Origin: Candidatus Micrarchaeota archaeon
Lineage (GTDB): Archaea > Micrarchaeota > Micrarchaeia > Norongarragalinales > Norongarragalinaceae
Direction: 5' to 3'
Length of the DNA stretch: 47,327 nt
Assembly: GCA_964408425.1 (NCBI GenBank)
Contig: CAYOZI010000004.1
Coordinates: 1-47,327, forward strand
The notes under the pieces are model-generated. The model saw only the letters and a program-made list of their open reading frames with translations, did not search any database and had not been told where the DNA came from. The translations under genes were made by a program, and so were the position numbers. Below are positions 15,561 to 24,391 of this stretch, piece by piece (positions within the stretch are counted from its first letter, which is position 1; each line of letters begins with the position of its first letter).

Positions 15561-16067
15561 TCACCTTTTTTCGAATTTGCATGCGACTGCATAAAGCCAT
15601 CCGCCGAGCCTGTTGAAAAACTTGAATGCGACGGGCCTCAATTTCTTCCCCTCGAGCATGGGAAGCAAGGCTATTTCGGCTTCCCTGCTTCTCACGCGCG
15701 CTTCACTGAACGCGATGGCTGCTTTGTTCCTGAAGCGGATGAAGTGCTTGAATTCTTTTCCTTCACAAAGCCCGTCTATCCACCCTTCGAGCTTTCGAAC
15801 ATCGTTTTCTTCAACCGGGCTTTTCACCGGCCCGCCGGTGCGCCCGAACGAAATCTCACCGCACGTCTGCCACAATTTTTCCTGAACCAGGTCTACGGCC
15901 TGCTGCATTGTTTTATTCTTGCACTCTGACCTCGCATTGTCCAACGCGGCTTGCAGCGAATCTATCTTGCCTATCGCGATTATTGACGGGTCGTTCTTTT
16001 TGAGCTTGATTCCGCAAAGCGTCTTGGTGAAGCCAGAATCGCCAGTTCCGGTGTAGAGTTTCGGCAT
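15561..16067 (-). CDS. PduO-type ATP:cob(I)alamin adenosyltransferase
   Basis: MPKLYTGTGDSGFT..., IIAIGKIDSLQAAL, and a C-terminal FNRLGGWLY helix bundle. ATG at 16065-16067, 20 nt after the nrdJ stop. Confidence 0.85.
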   Translation of the reverse strand: MPKLYTGTGDSGFTKTLCGIKLKKNDPSIIAIGKIDSLQAALDNARSECKNKTMQQAVDLVQEKLWQTCGEISFGRTGGPVKSPVEENDVRKLEGWIDGLCEGKEFKHFIRFRNKAAIAFSEARVRSREAEIALLPMLEGKKLRPVAFKFFNRLGGWLYAVACKFEKR

Positions 16068-16086
16068 TTCAAACACACCCGACTTT

Positions 16087-18897
16087 TCACGAGCACCCGC
16101 TTGTGCCTCCACAGTTGAAGCATTTGTAACAGGATCCGCTTCTCACCATGATGCTTCCGCAATCGTCGCACACGGGCGCGTCGCTCTGGTTTTCGAACGA
16201 TTTGGTTACCCCCTTCTCCCCGGCAGAGTCGGAGGGAATGAAGCGGACTTTCGACTCGTCTTTCAAAAGTTTTTCCGTCGGAACCCCGCTTTCGGAATAT
16301 TGGGGCTTTACCTTGTCGGCTGCGGTCTTTCCTTCCGCGAGCTTCGTCTGCACCGTATTCCTTTCGTCCGGATTCAAGCCGAGTTCTTCCAAATCGTCGT
16401 CCCCCAAAAACTTGAACGCCAGCCACTTGAAGATGTAATCCATAATGCTTTTCGCAAAACGGATCTGCTCGTTTGTCGTCACTCCCGACGGCTCGAAGCG
16501 CATGTTGCAAAACTTCTTGGTGAGAACTTTGAGGGGAACTCCGTATTGCATGGCGATCGATATTGCCGTCGAGAATGCGTCCATCATTCCCGAAATCGTG
16601 CTTCCCTCTTTCGCCATTGTCACGAATATCTCCCCGGGCCTTCCGTCTTCGTACAAACCGACGGTTATGTAGCCTTCGTGCCCTGCCACGTCGAACTTGT
16701 GGGTAATTGCCTGCCTTTCGTCCGGCAAGCGTTCGCGCATGGGCCTGTAAACGATCCGCTCTTTTCCAGCTCCCGCGTCTCCCTTTTGTTTTGCCGAGCT
16801 GGTAGTCAAAGGCTGCGTGCGCTTGGAACCGTCGCGGTATATTGCAATCGCCTTCAGCCCTCCTTTCCACGCTTCCATGTAGGCGTTTTCTATATCCTCG
16901 GCAGTCGCTTCAGCCGGAAGGTTGACTGTTTTGGAAATGGCTCCTGAAATGAACGGCTGCACCGCGCTCATCATCCTCACGTGACCCAGATAGTGTATAG
17001 ACCGGGTTCCTTTGGAGGCTTTGAACGCGCAGTCGAAAATGTCCAAATGCTCTTTCTTCAAATGCGGAGACCCTTCAATCGTCTCGTGCTCGTTCAAGTG
17101 CTGCATGATGTCGGTAATCTCGTTCTTTTTGTAACCGATCTTTTCCAACGCAAGAGGAACAGTTGTGTTGACGATTTTCATCAACCCGCCTCCAACCAGC
17201 CACTTGTATTTTATCAACGCTATATCCGGCTCGACGCCTGTAGTGTCGCAGTCCATCAAAAACCCGATTGTCCCGGTGGGCGCGAGAACTGAAATCTGCG
17301 AGTTGCGGAAGCCGTTTTTCTTTCCGCTTTCCAACGCCCAATCCCACGCTCTCCTCGCCTCTTCAAGCAAATCCGGCTGGATGGAATCGGGAACGGCGTA
17401 GGCAGCATCGCGATGCATCGACATGACGTTCAAAAACGGCTTTTCATTCAACGCGTAACCTTTGAACGTTCCCTGCTTTTTCGCAACCAGCGTGGACGTG
17501 TAATAGGCATACCCGCTCATTAACGCCGTAATCGCAGCGGCGAAATTCCTTCCCTCTTCACTATCGTACGCCAACCCCTCGCTCATCAGCAATGCTCCGA
17601 GATTCGCATAGCCTATTCCGAGAGGGCGGAAGTCGTGGGAGTTGCGCGTAATCGCTTCAGTGGGATAAGACGCGTTGCCCACGACGATTTCCATTGCGGT
17701 TATTATCACCCTTACGGCTTTCCGGAAGCTTTCTATGTCGAAAGTCCCGTCGGGCATGCGGAATTTCATTAAATTCAAGGAAGCCAAATTGCACGACGTG
17801 TCGTCCAAAAACATGTACTCCGAGCAAGGGTTGGATGCGTTTATCCTGTCCGTGTTGGGGCACGTGTGCCACTTGTTGATCGTAGTGTCGAATTGCAATC
17901 CGGGATCCCCGCATATCCACGCCGCTTCGGAAACCTGCCTGAACAAATCGCGCGCTTGATACGAATCCGCCTTTTCCCCGTTGGTAACCATGTGCGTGGT
18001 CCATTCCTTGTTTTCCTCGACCGCACTCATGAATTCGTCCGTCACCCTCACGGAATGGTTGGCGTTCTGGAAATACACGGAACCGTATGCTTCTCCATCA
18101 ACGCTAGCATCGTAACCCGCTTCAATCAGCGCCCAAGCTTTCCTTTCTTCATTGGCCTTGCAGTTGATGAATTCCACGACATCGGGGTGGTCGATGTTGA
18201 GAATTACCATTTTCGCAGCCCTTCGCGTTCTGCCACCGCTTTTAATCACTCCTGCAAACGCATCGAATCCCTTCATGAAACTGACCGGCCCGCTGGCCCT
18301 GCCTGTTGAAAAGCTCAAGTGTTCTTTCGAAGAGCGAAGAACGGAAAAGTTCGTTCCGGTTCCGGAACCGTATTTGAAAAGCATTCCTTCCGTTACGGCC
18401 AAGTTCAAGATGCTTTTCATGTCGTCCTTCAAGGAATTGATGAAGCAAGCTGATCCCTGTGGGTGAGCCTCAATTCCAAAGTTAAACCACACCGGAGAAT
18501 TGAATGCGGCCAGCTGGTTGACGAGTATGTATGTCAACTCGTCTTCGAAAGTCTGCGCTTCCCCCTCGCCGGAAAAATAATTGCCTTGTCTCCCCCAGCT
18601 TGCAATCGTGTTTGCAACGCGTTCAATAAGCTGTTTTACGCTCGTTTCCCTGTTTGCGGTTCCCAATTGCCCGCGAAAATATTTCGAAACCGCGATTTTC
18701 ACCGCCTGCTGCGACCAGGTTGATGGGACTTCAACGTTTTTCTGCGAGAAAATGACTTTTCCGGTCGCATCGGCTATTTCCGCGTCCCTCAACTCCCATT
18801 TTATCTCGTCAAAAGGATTGGTTCCGGGTTTCGTGAAATACCTTTCGAACTTCAATTCGTTTTCGATGGTTCCAGTTACGGCAGTCGGCCTAGTCAT
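16087..18897 (-). CDS. nrdJ: Class II (adenosylcobalamin-dependent) ribonucleotide reductase
   Basis: 936 aa. NPCSEYMFLDDTSCNLASLNL active-site region, PTGTIGFLMDCDTTGVEP, and a C-terminal CxxC...CxxC zinc-ribbon tail. No intein-sized insertion. Confidence 0.9.
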   Translation of the reverse strand: MTRPTAVTGTIENELKFERYFTKPGTNPFDEIKWELRDAEIADATGKVIFSQKNVEVPSTWSQQAVKIAVSKYFRGQLGTANRETSVKQLIERVANTIASWGRQGNYFSGEGEAQTFEDELTYILVNQLAAFNSPVWFNFGIEAHPQGSACFINSLKDDMKSILNLAVTEGMLFKYGSGTGTNFSVLRSSKEHLSFSTGRASGPVSFMKGFDAFAGVIKSGGRTRRAAKMVILNIDHPDVVEFINCKANEERKAWALIEAGYDASVDGEAYGSVYFQNANHSVRVTDEFMSAVEENKEWTTHMVTNGEKADSYQARDLFRQVSEAAWICGDPGLQFDTTINKWHTCPNTDRINASNPCSEYMFLDDTSCNLASLNLMKFRMPDGTFDIESFRKAVRVIITAMEIVVGNASYPTEAITRNSHDFRPLGIGYANLGALLMSEGLAYDSEEGRNFAAAITALMSGYAYYTSTLVAKKQGTFKGYALNEKPFLNVMSMHRDAAYAVPDSIQPDLLEEARRAWDWALESGKKNGFRNSQISVLAPTGTIGFLMDCDTTGVEPDIALIKYKWLVGGGLMKIVNTTVPLALEKIGYKKNEITDIMQHLNEHETIEGSPHLKKEHLDIFDCAFKASKGTRSIHYLGHVRMMSAVQPFISGAISKTVNLPAEATAEDIENAYMEAWKGGLKAIAIYRDGSKRTQPLTTSSAKQKGDAGAGKERIVYRPMRERLPDERQAITHKFDVAGHEGYITVGLYEDGRPGEIFVTMAKEGSTISGMMDAFSTAISIAMQYGVPLKVLTKKFCNMRFEPSGVTTNEQIRFAKSIMDYIFKWLAFKFLGDDDLEELGLNPDERNTVQTKLAEGKTAADKVKPQYSESGVPTEKLLKDESKVRFIPSDSAGEKGVTKSFENQSDAPVCDDCGSIMVRSGSCYKCFNCGGTSGCS

Positions 18898-18969
18898 TGT
18901 CCCACACCCCCTCTTTCAAAAAAAAACAATGCTTCCTTTTTCAACTTTCGCTTTAATTTCCGGAAAAAT

Positions 18970-19413
18970 TCACTTGGAGAGCTTTTCCACTTCCTTGGCG
19001 AATTCCTTCGGGCTTTCGAACTCCTTGTAAATCGAAGCGAAGCGGATGTACGCGACCTTGTCGAGCTTCTTCAGCTTTTCCATGACTATCGCGCCCACCT
19101 TGGTCGAAGGGATTTCAGTCTCCTCCATTCCGCGCAATTCCATTTCAACTTCGGCAACCACGTTGTCCATCTGCTCGACGCTCACGGGGCGCTTGTGGCA
19201 GGACCTTTCTATTCCCGCCCTGAGCTTGTTGCGGTCGAATTTTTCGCGCCTCCCGTCCTTCTTTATTATTATGAGATCCAACGCTTCGGCCCGCTCGTAA
19301 GTGGTAAAACGCTTCTTGCACTTTTCGCACTCCCGCCTCCTTCTGGTGGAGTCTTCCGAATCGCGGCTTTCCAAGACTTCCGTTTCGGGACAACCGCAGT
19401 AAGGACAAATCAT
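18970..19413 (-). CDS. nrdR: NrdR-family transcriptional repressor (zinc ribbon plus ATP-cone)
   Basis: MICPYCGCPETEVLESRDS...RRRRECEKCKKRFTTYE followed by an ATP-cone (IIKKDGRREKFDRNKL...). It sits directly upstream of nrdJ. Confidence 0.85.
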   Translation of the reverse strand: MICPYCGCPETEVLESRDSEDSTRRRRECEKCKKRFTTYERAEALDLIIIKKDGRREKFDRNKLRAGIERSCHKRPVSVEQMDNVVAEVEMELRGMEETEIPSTKVGAIVMEKLKKLDKVAYIRFASIYKEFESPKEFAKEVEKLSK

Positions 19414-19575
19414 GCGACGCGCCTCCTTTCCATTTTTCTTACCCTTTCCCTTCTTTCCGAAAATGCCGGGGGAAGCTGAAAAACAGCAAAAAACCCTCTA
19501 AAAACGCCACTCGTAGCGTTCAGCCTCACAAATAAGCGCTATCGGGTTTTTAAAGCTTTTCCCTTGTTTGAAGGG

Positions 19576-20022
19576 TTAACCGCTGCGCAATAGTTTTACC
19601 GCGGCTTTCAAGACTTTTTTTTCGCTTTCAAAATGAACTTTTTTCAAAGCGGTTTTCGGGGAAGCCAACAAGATTTTTTCTATTCCCTCTTTCCTTCCGT
19701 CTTTAGTCATGCGCGGCTTTTCGTCGGTGAAAACCAAGTACGCGCTCACTTTCCTGAGCAACAGCCCTTTGGGCGCTTCAAAAGAATAAGAAAAAACCCT
19801 TTTCCCCATTTTGATTTTTTTCAACCCCGTTTCCTCTCTCAACTCCCTTTTCAAGCCTTTCTTTGCGCTTTCCCCCTTCTCGAGCTTTCCCTTGGGCAGT
19901 CGCCAGAACGATTGCTTTGTGCGAAACCACTTTCCTTTCTCGAACTTCGCATCGCGTTTTTTCAAAATCAAAATCTTTCCGCCTTTAACTATGACCGCTT
20001 CAACCTGCCCTATGGTCTTCAT
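19576..20022 (-). CDS. Nudix hydrolase
   Basis: Nudix box GKLEKGESAKKGLKRELREETGL. Its start overlaps the upstream gene's stop by 4 nt. Confidence 0.85.
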   Translation of the reverse strand: MKTIGQVEAVIVKGGKILILKKRDAKFEKGKWFRTKQSFWRLPKGKLEKGESAKKGLKRELREETGLKKIKMGKRVFSYSFEAPKGLLLRKVSAYLVFTDEKPRMTKDGRKEGIEKILLASPKTALKKVHFESEKKVLKAAVKLLRSG

Positions 20023-20780
20023 TTTCCCCTCTCCGACAGTATGATTATGTTTCCGCGTCCCTTCTTGAATTTCTTGATTACGCCCTTTTCCTCGAGCAGG
20101 TCCAGTTCTATCGAAACCTTAGCCTCGCTCCAAGGCAATAGTTTTCTCAACTCCCTCTGGGTAATCCTCCCTTCGCTCTTCCTCATTTCTTCGATTATCC
20201 TTTCCTGGAATTCGTTCAACCCCTTTAATGGTTTTTCCTTGTGCGGCGTTTCCTTCCTCGCTTCCTTCTTTTCCCTTCCGGTTTTTTCCCCCTCCGCTTT
20301 TTTTCCGAGTTTTTTCCACTTTAAAACCAGGAACGCCAAAACCGCTATTGCCGCAACAATTATCCCGGCGAAAACCCTCGGGAATTGAGGCTGGGGCGTT
20401 GGTGAAGACTCCAAACCCTCTCCAGTGTTCTGTCCCTCGAAGCCCGTTCCTTCCTCGATCTGCGGTATTTCCAAAGCCGGGTCTTCAAATCCGAACAAAA
20501 TCAAATCCAAGTTGAAAACACCTTCTTCCACAACCCGGACAGTCTCGCTTACGCTGTGGTTTCCGGCGGTTGCCGTCAAAACGTAAGTTCCTTTCTGAAT
20601 CTGGAATGAGAAAGAGCCGTTTTGCGCCACCATAGTTTGCAACGGAGTGGTGTTGAGGGAAACTATAGCTTTAATCGGGTCGAGATTCGAGTCGAAAACG
20701 GTTCCTTTGACCGTAGCGGCGTTGGCTAACGCGAAAACAAGCAAAGCCAGCAAACAAATTTTTTTCATCATTCCGGGCAC
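20019..20780 (-). CDS. Membrane-tethered winged-helix protein: signal peptide, CarboxypepD_reg-like ectodomain, TM helix, cytoplasmic wHTH
   Basis: MKKICLLALLVFALANA. TVKGTVFDSNLDPI...GTYVLTATAG beta-sandwich. TM helix FAGIIVAAIAVLAFLVL. K/E-rich spacer. ITQRELRKLLPWSEAKVSIELDLLEEKGVIKKFKKGRGN is a wHTH. Confidence 0.65.
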   Translation of the reverse strand: MPGMMKKICLLALLVFALANAATVKGTVFDSNLDPIKAIVSLNTTPLQTMVAQNGSFSFQIQKGTYVLTATAGNHSVSETVRVVEEGVFNLDLILFGFEDPALEIPQIEEGTGFEGQNTGEGLESSPTPQPQFPRVFAGIIVAAIAVLAFLVLKWKKLGKKAEGEKTGREKKEARKETPHKEKPLKGLNEFQERIIEEMRKSEGRITQRELRKLLPWSEAKVSIELDLLEEKGVIKKFKKGRGNIIILSERGK

Positions 20781-21034
20781 CGAGATTCCGTAAAGCTTTT
20801 TCTTTCTTCCCGTCTTTAAACCCCGCTTAAACCTTCAACCGAACGGCTGAACGGGGGTGAAAACGCCCGTGGAAATAAAGCCTCGTAAAGCTTATTTTCA
20901 CTAAACAACGCCCGGTGAAGCTTATTCCTCGTTCCGCAAGGCGTTTTTCCGAAAGAATCTTTTTATATTAACTTCTTTTCGATAGTTCTCGCGCTTTCGA
21001 AAAATTCGGAAAAAGCGCAAAGGTGGTTTGGAAA

Positions 21035-22177
21035 ATGAAGAGATTGTTAATTGCGTTGGCGTTGTTTTTGAGTTTGGGCGCGTCGCTGGCTTTGGCAGAC
21101 AACGGCAGTTTGGCTGCCCAGAATTCCGTAGTTGCGGATTCCGATGACGACGGCGTGGTTTCGGCGACTCCGAGCCCTTCGGCTTCGCCGAGCGCTTCGC
21201 CTAGAATAATGGTCCCGCGCCATCCCGTGAAAAAATTCTTCGTGTGCACTCTTGAGTACGAGCCTTTCAAGTGTCCTGACGGCAAGGTTTATGCGAACAA
21301 GTGTTTTGCCCGGAACGCAGGGGGTTGGGAGCCGGAAGAGGATTGCACTAGGCTGATCGGCGATGCCGGTTTTGGTTCCTCGGTGACGGCCGAACTGCGA
21401 GAGCAGATTGCCGAGAGGGAGAGATTGCGCGAAGAGTTCAAGGAAAAGATTGAAGACGAGGTTAAGGACGACTCGCGCTACCGCAGGTGCAGCCAGTTTT
21501 CAGACGCTTCCCAAAAGGAGGCATGCATCAAGACCGAAACGGGCATAGGCGAATTGGCCCGCGAGAAAAACCGGTGCTTGGGCGGTGACAACGAGTCGAG
21601 ATGCCTGGGAGGCTTGAAGGACAAGATCCGCGACGCTTGGAGGTTCCGCTTTGAAAGCGTTATTGACAACGCCGAAAAGCTGGAGAGGAAAGGCGTTTCG
21701 AACGAAACGATCGCCGCATTCGTGGCTTTCGTGAAAGAACAGGCGCTGGCTTTCGAAAGCTCGAATTCCACTGCCGAAAAGAAGGAATTCGTGAAGAACG
21801 TTGCCGCAGAGTGGAAGGAATTCAGGAAAAAGGCGTTGAACGAAATCCTGGAAAGCGGAATCGCAACCGCATCGCAGAGGCTTCAAAAAGCGCTGGACGC
21901 GCTGAAGCAAGTCCGCGACAAGCTTCAGGCGAGAAACCTGACTACGCTAGGTTTGGACAACGCGATTTCAAAACTCGAGGAAAATCTGGACAGGCTAAAC
22001 TCTGAGAATGCGACGCTGCGCGAAAAGTGGGTTTTGTCGCACGAGTCGATAGAACGCTTGAAGCACGCGAAGAACGCGGCGGTGAGGATAATGAACCGGA
22101 TGAATGTCGAGGACTTCGTACAGCCGAGCGTTGCCGTTCCGAGCGAAGTGGAAGATGCTGAAGAAGCGGAAGGCTGA
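21035..22177 (+). CDS. Secreted protein with an N-terminal Kazal-like Cys motif and a long helical/coiled-coil region
   Basis: Signal peptide MKRLLIALALFLSLGASLALA, with the ATG at 21035 preceded by AGGTGG. CTLEYEPFKCPDGKVYANKCFARNAGG resembles the Kazal core. The remainder is E/K/A-rich and helical. Confidence 0.6.
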   Translation: MKRLLIALALFLSLGASLALADNGSLAAQNSVVADSDDDGVVSATPSPSASPSASPRIMVPRHPVKKFFVCTLEYEPFKCPDGKVYANKCFARNAGGWEPEEDCTRLIGDAGFGSSVTAELREQIAERERLREEFKEKIEDEVKDDSRYRRCSQFSDASQKEACIKTETGIGELAREKNRCLGGDNESRCLGGLKDKIRDAWRFRFESVIDNAEKLERKGVSNETIAAFVAFVKEQALAFESSNSTAEKKEFVKNVAAEWKEFRKKALNEILESGIATASQRLQKALDALKQVRDKLQARNLTTLGLDNAISKLEENLDRLNSENATLREKWVLSHESIERLKHAKNAAVRIMNRMNVEDFVQPSVAVPSEVEDAEEAEG

Positions 22178-22205
22178 ATATCCCTCTCGAGCCTTTTCCC
22201 CCTTT

Positions 22206-23564
22206 TCAACCTTTCCTTTTTTTCTTTTTTCTTTTAAGCGGAATAGTTTCGGCGATTGCCGTCCGTTTTTCCAATTCGTAAACAGCAGCGCCTGAAACGA
22301 GGATCGCCAGAACCCCGTAAAACAACAGGGGATTTTTGTAAAACTCGTTGGCCGCTATCCCTATCAATGCAATACCCACTACCGCCGAAGTCAGGGGGAT
22401 GTTGCCTATGCTCAAAGGAATTTTGAAGCCCCTTTCCGCATTAGGCTCCTTCCTTCTCAGCGTAATCACCGCAGCGTTGTCCAGGAAAAAGACGACGAAT
22501 ATTCCCATGACCGTTATTTCCGCAACCAGCTTCAACTGCCCTGTAGACGCTATAAGCGCCGTGAGTATGCTGGCGACGGCAATCGCGTAGTACGGCGTAG
22601 CGTATCTGCTGGTTTTCAAAAAGATTTTCGGAACCGCGAAATCTTCGGCCATGCCGTATATCACGCGGCTCGAGCCTAGCATCATTATCAATACGGTATT
22701 GGCCGTGGAAAACAACGCGATTATTCCCAACGCTGCCAACAGCATCGCCCCGCCCGCTTTGCCTGCTGCGATGGCAAGCGGCCCCTTGGCGCTTTCGGTT
22801 GCGGATACGATTTCGTCGAAACTCAGGACGTTTGTGAACGCAAACGCTGCAAGAACGTACAATACGATGCAAATGGCTATCGAAGTGAGAATGGCTTTGG
22901 GAAGCGTTTTGCGGACTCTTTTCGTCTCCTCGGCTTCCGCGGCGAGCGTTTCAAAACCCAGGTAAGCGAAAAACGCGAGGATGCTTGCGCTCAAAATCCC
23001 TTGAAACCCGTTAGGCGATTCGAAGCTTATCTTGGAAACGTCGAACGAAAAGGAAGGGTTCAAAATCCCCAGCCCGAACGCTATCACCGCTATCAACCCC
23101 GCCACTTCCAACAGCGTGAATATCTCGTTGAACTTGCTGGCGTACTTGAGGCTGAAATAGTTTATCAACGCCAGAATTGCGATGAGCCCCACTGCGGCGG
23201 TTGAAGCGCTGACGTTTGGGAATAGAGTGGAAAAATACGTTCCGAATCCCAGCGCAACCGCCGCAGATGAAACGATGAACGTGGCTATAGTCGTCCAGCC
23301 GAGAACGAAGCTAAGCCGTCTAGAGCCGAACGCTTCCTTGGAAAAATAGTAAGAGCTTCCGGCTTTCGGAAGCATCGAGCTCAATTCCGCGTAATCCAGC
23401 GCCAGGCACGCGGCGATCAAGCCGCTTATCACGAAGCTGAGCCACAACGCGTCTCCCGCTTGCACGCCGGCTATTCCCACGAGGACGTATATCCCGGCTC
23501 CAATGATGACGCCCACGCCCATCAGCGTGAGCTGCCAAAAGCCGAGTTCCCGTTTCAAAGGCAT
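22206..23564 (-). CDS. APC-superfamily amino acid permease
   Basis: 452 aa, about 12 TM helices. N-terminal GVGVIIGAGIYVLVG motif typical of amino acid/polyamine permeases. Confidence 0.8.
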   Translation of the reverse strand: MPLKRELGFWQLTLMGVGVIIGAGIYVLVGIAGVQAGDALWLSFVISGLIAACLALDYAELSSMLPKAGSSYYFSKEAFGSRRLSFVLGWTTIATFIVSSAAVALGFGTYFSTLFPNVSASTAAVGLIAILALINYFSLKYASKFNEIFTLLEVAGLIAVIAFGLGILNPSFSFDVSKISFESPNGFQGILSASILAFFAYLGFETLAAEAEETKRVRKTLPKAILTSIAICIVLYVLAAFAFTNVLSFDEIVSATESAKGPLAIAAGKAGGAMLLAALGIIALFSTANTVLIMMLGSSRVIYGMAEDFAVPKIFLKTSRYATPYYAIAVASILTALIASTGQLKLVAEITVMGIFVVFFLDNAAVITLRRKEPNAERGFKIPLSIGNIPLTSAVVGIALIGIAANEFYKNPLLFYGVLAILVSGAAVYELEKRTAIAETIPLKRKKKKRKG

Positions 23565-23613
23565 TATTGGGTTTAAAAAAAGAAAAATAAAAAGCAGAGC
23601 TTTTTTTTCCCGT

Positions 23614-24333
23614 TCAGCCTTTTCCGGCGGCGTGGCTTATCAAGTCCATAACGCTCACCGCCTGGTTCAACTCTTCATACTCCTTCAGGCTTCCCACATC
23701 GACCCAATAGTCGTCGAAAACGCAGCCTAGAATCTTCCTTTCCTTTACAAGCTTGGGCAGGACGTCGAACGAAATCACGCCCTTCTCCGGCAGGTAATCC
23801 AAAACCTTCCTGTCGAAAACGTAAGTCGCGGAATTGACGAGGTTTTCAATGATGGGCTTTTCCCGGAAGCTGGTAATCTGGAATTTTTCGTTTATTTCCG
23901 CAGTCCCGTACTGGAACGGCGTTCCCATCCTCTTCAAACCCACTGTCGCAAGGGGCTTGTGCTTTTCGTGGAAATTAACGAGTTTCCGGTAATCGAGGTT
24001 GGTCAGGTGGTCGCCCATTTCAACGAGGAAGGACTTTTCGTTTTTCAGCAGGTGTTCCGCGTTTTTTATCCCGCCCGCGTCGCCCAATTCCGTTTGCTCG
24101 ACGTTGTACGTTATCTTGACTCCGAATTTCTTCCCGTCCCCGAAATAATCCATCACCTGTTCCTTCAAATGGCCGACGAGCAAAACAATATCCTTGAAGC
24201 CCTCTTTCCTGAAATGGTTGATAGTGTATTCGAGAATGGGCTTTCTCCCCAGCAAAAGCATGGGTTTTGGAACTGAATGCGTGTAAGGCCTGAGCCTAGT
24301 TCCCTTTCCGCCGCAGAGTATTACCACTTTCAT
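23614..24333 (-). CDS. Sugar-1-phosphate nucleotidyltransferase (NTP_transferase family)
   Basis: MKVVILCGGKGTRLRPYTHSVPKPMLLL. The ATG at 24331-33 is preceded by AAAGGTGG. Confidence 0.85.
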   Translation of the reverse strand: MKVVILCGGKGTRLRPYTHSVPKPMLLLGRKPILEYTINHFRKEGFKDIVLLVGHLKEQVMDYFGDGKKFGVKITYNVEQTELGDAGGIKNAEHLLKNEKSFLVEMGDHLTNLDYRKLVNFHEKHKPLATVGLKRMGTPFQYGTAEINEKFQITSFREKPIIENLVNSATYVFDRKVLDYLPEKGVISFDVLPKLVKERKILGCVFDDYWVDVGSLKEYEELNQAVSVMDLISHAAGKG

Positions 24334-24391
24334 TTTACCACCTTTCAAAACGGATTATTTTCTTTCGGAATAAACGCCTTTCGCTTTTTCT

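Noticed and set aside
15980-16870. 296-aa Arg-rich ORF on the minus strand
   Set aside because: It is an alternative frame within nrdJ and pduO. Its extreme R/G/K composition is typical of off-frame translation.
18898-19575. NrdR boxes upstream of nrdR and nrdJ
   Set aside because: I looked for tandem 16-bp palindromes of the bacterial consensus and found none by eye. This is reported as an open question rather than as a feature.
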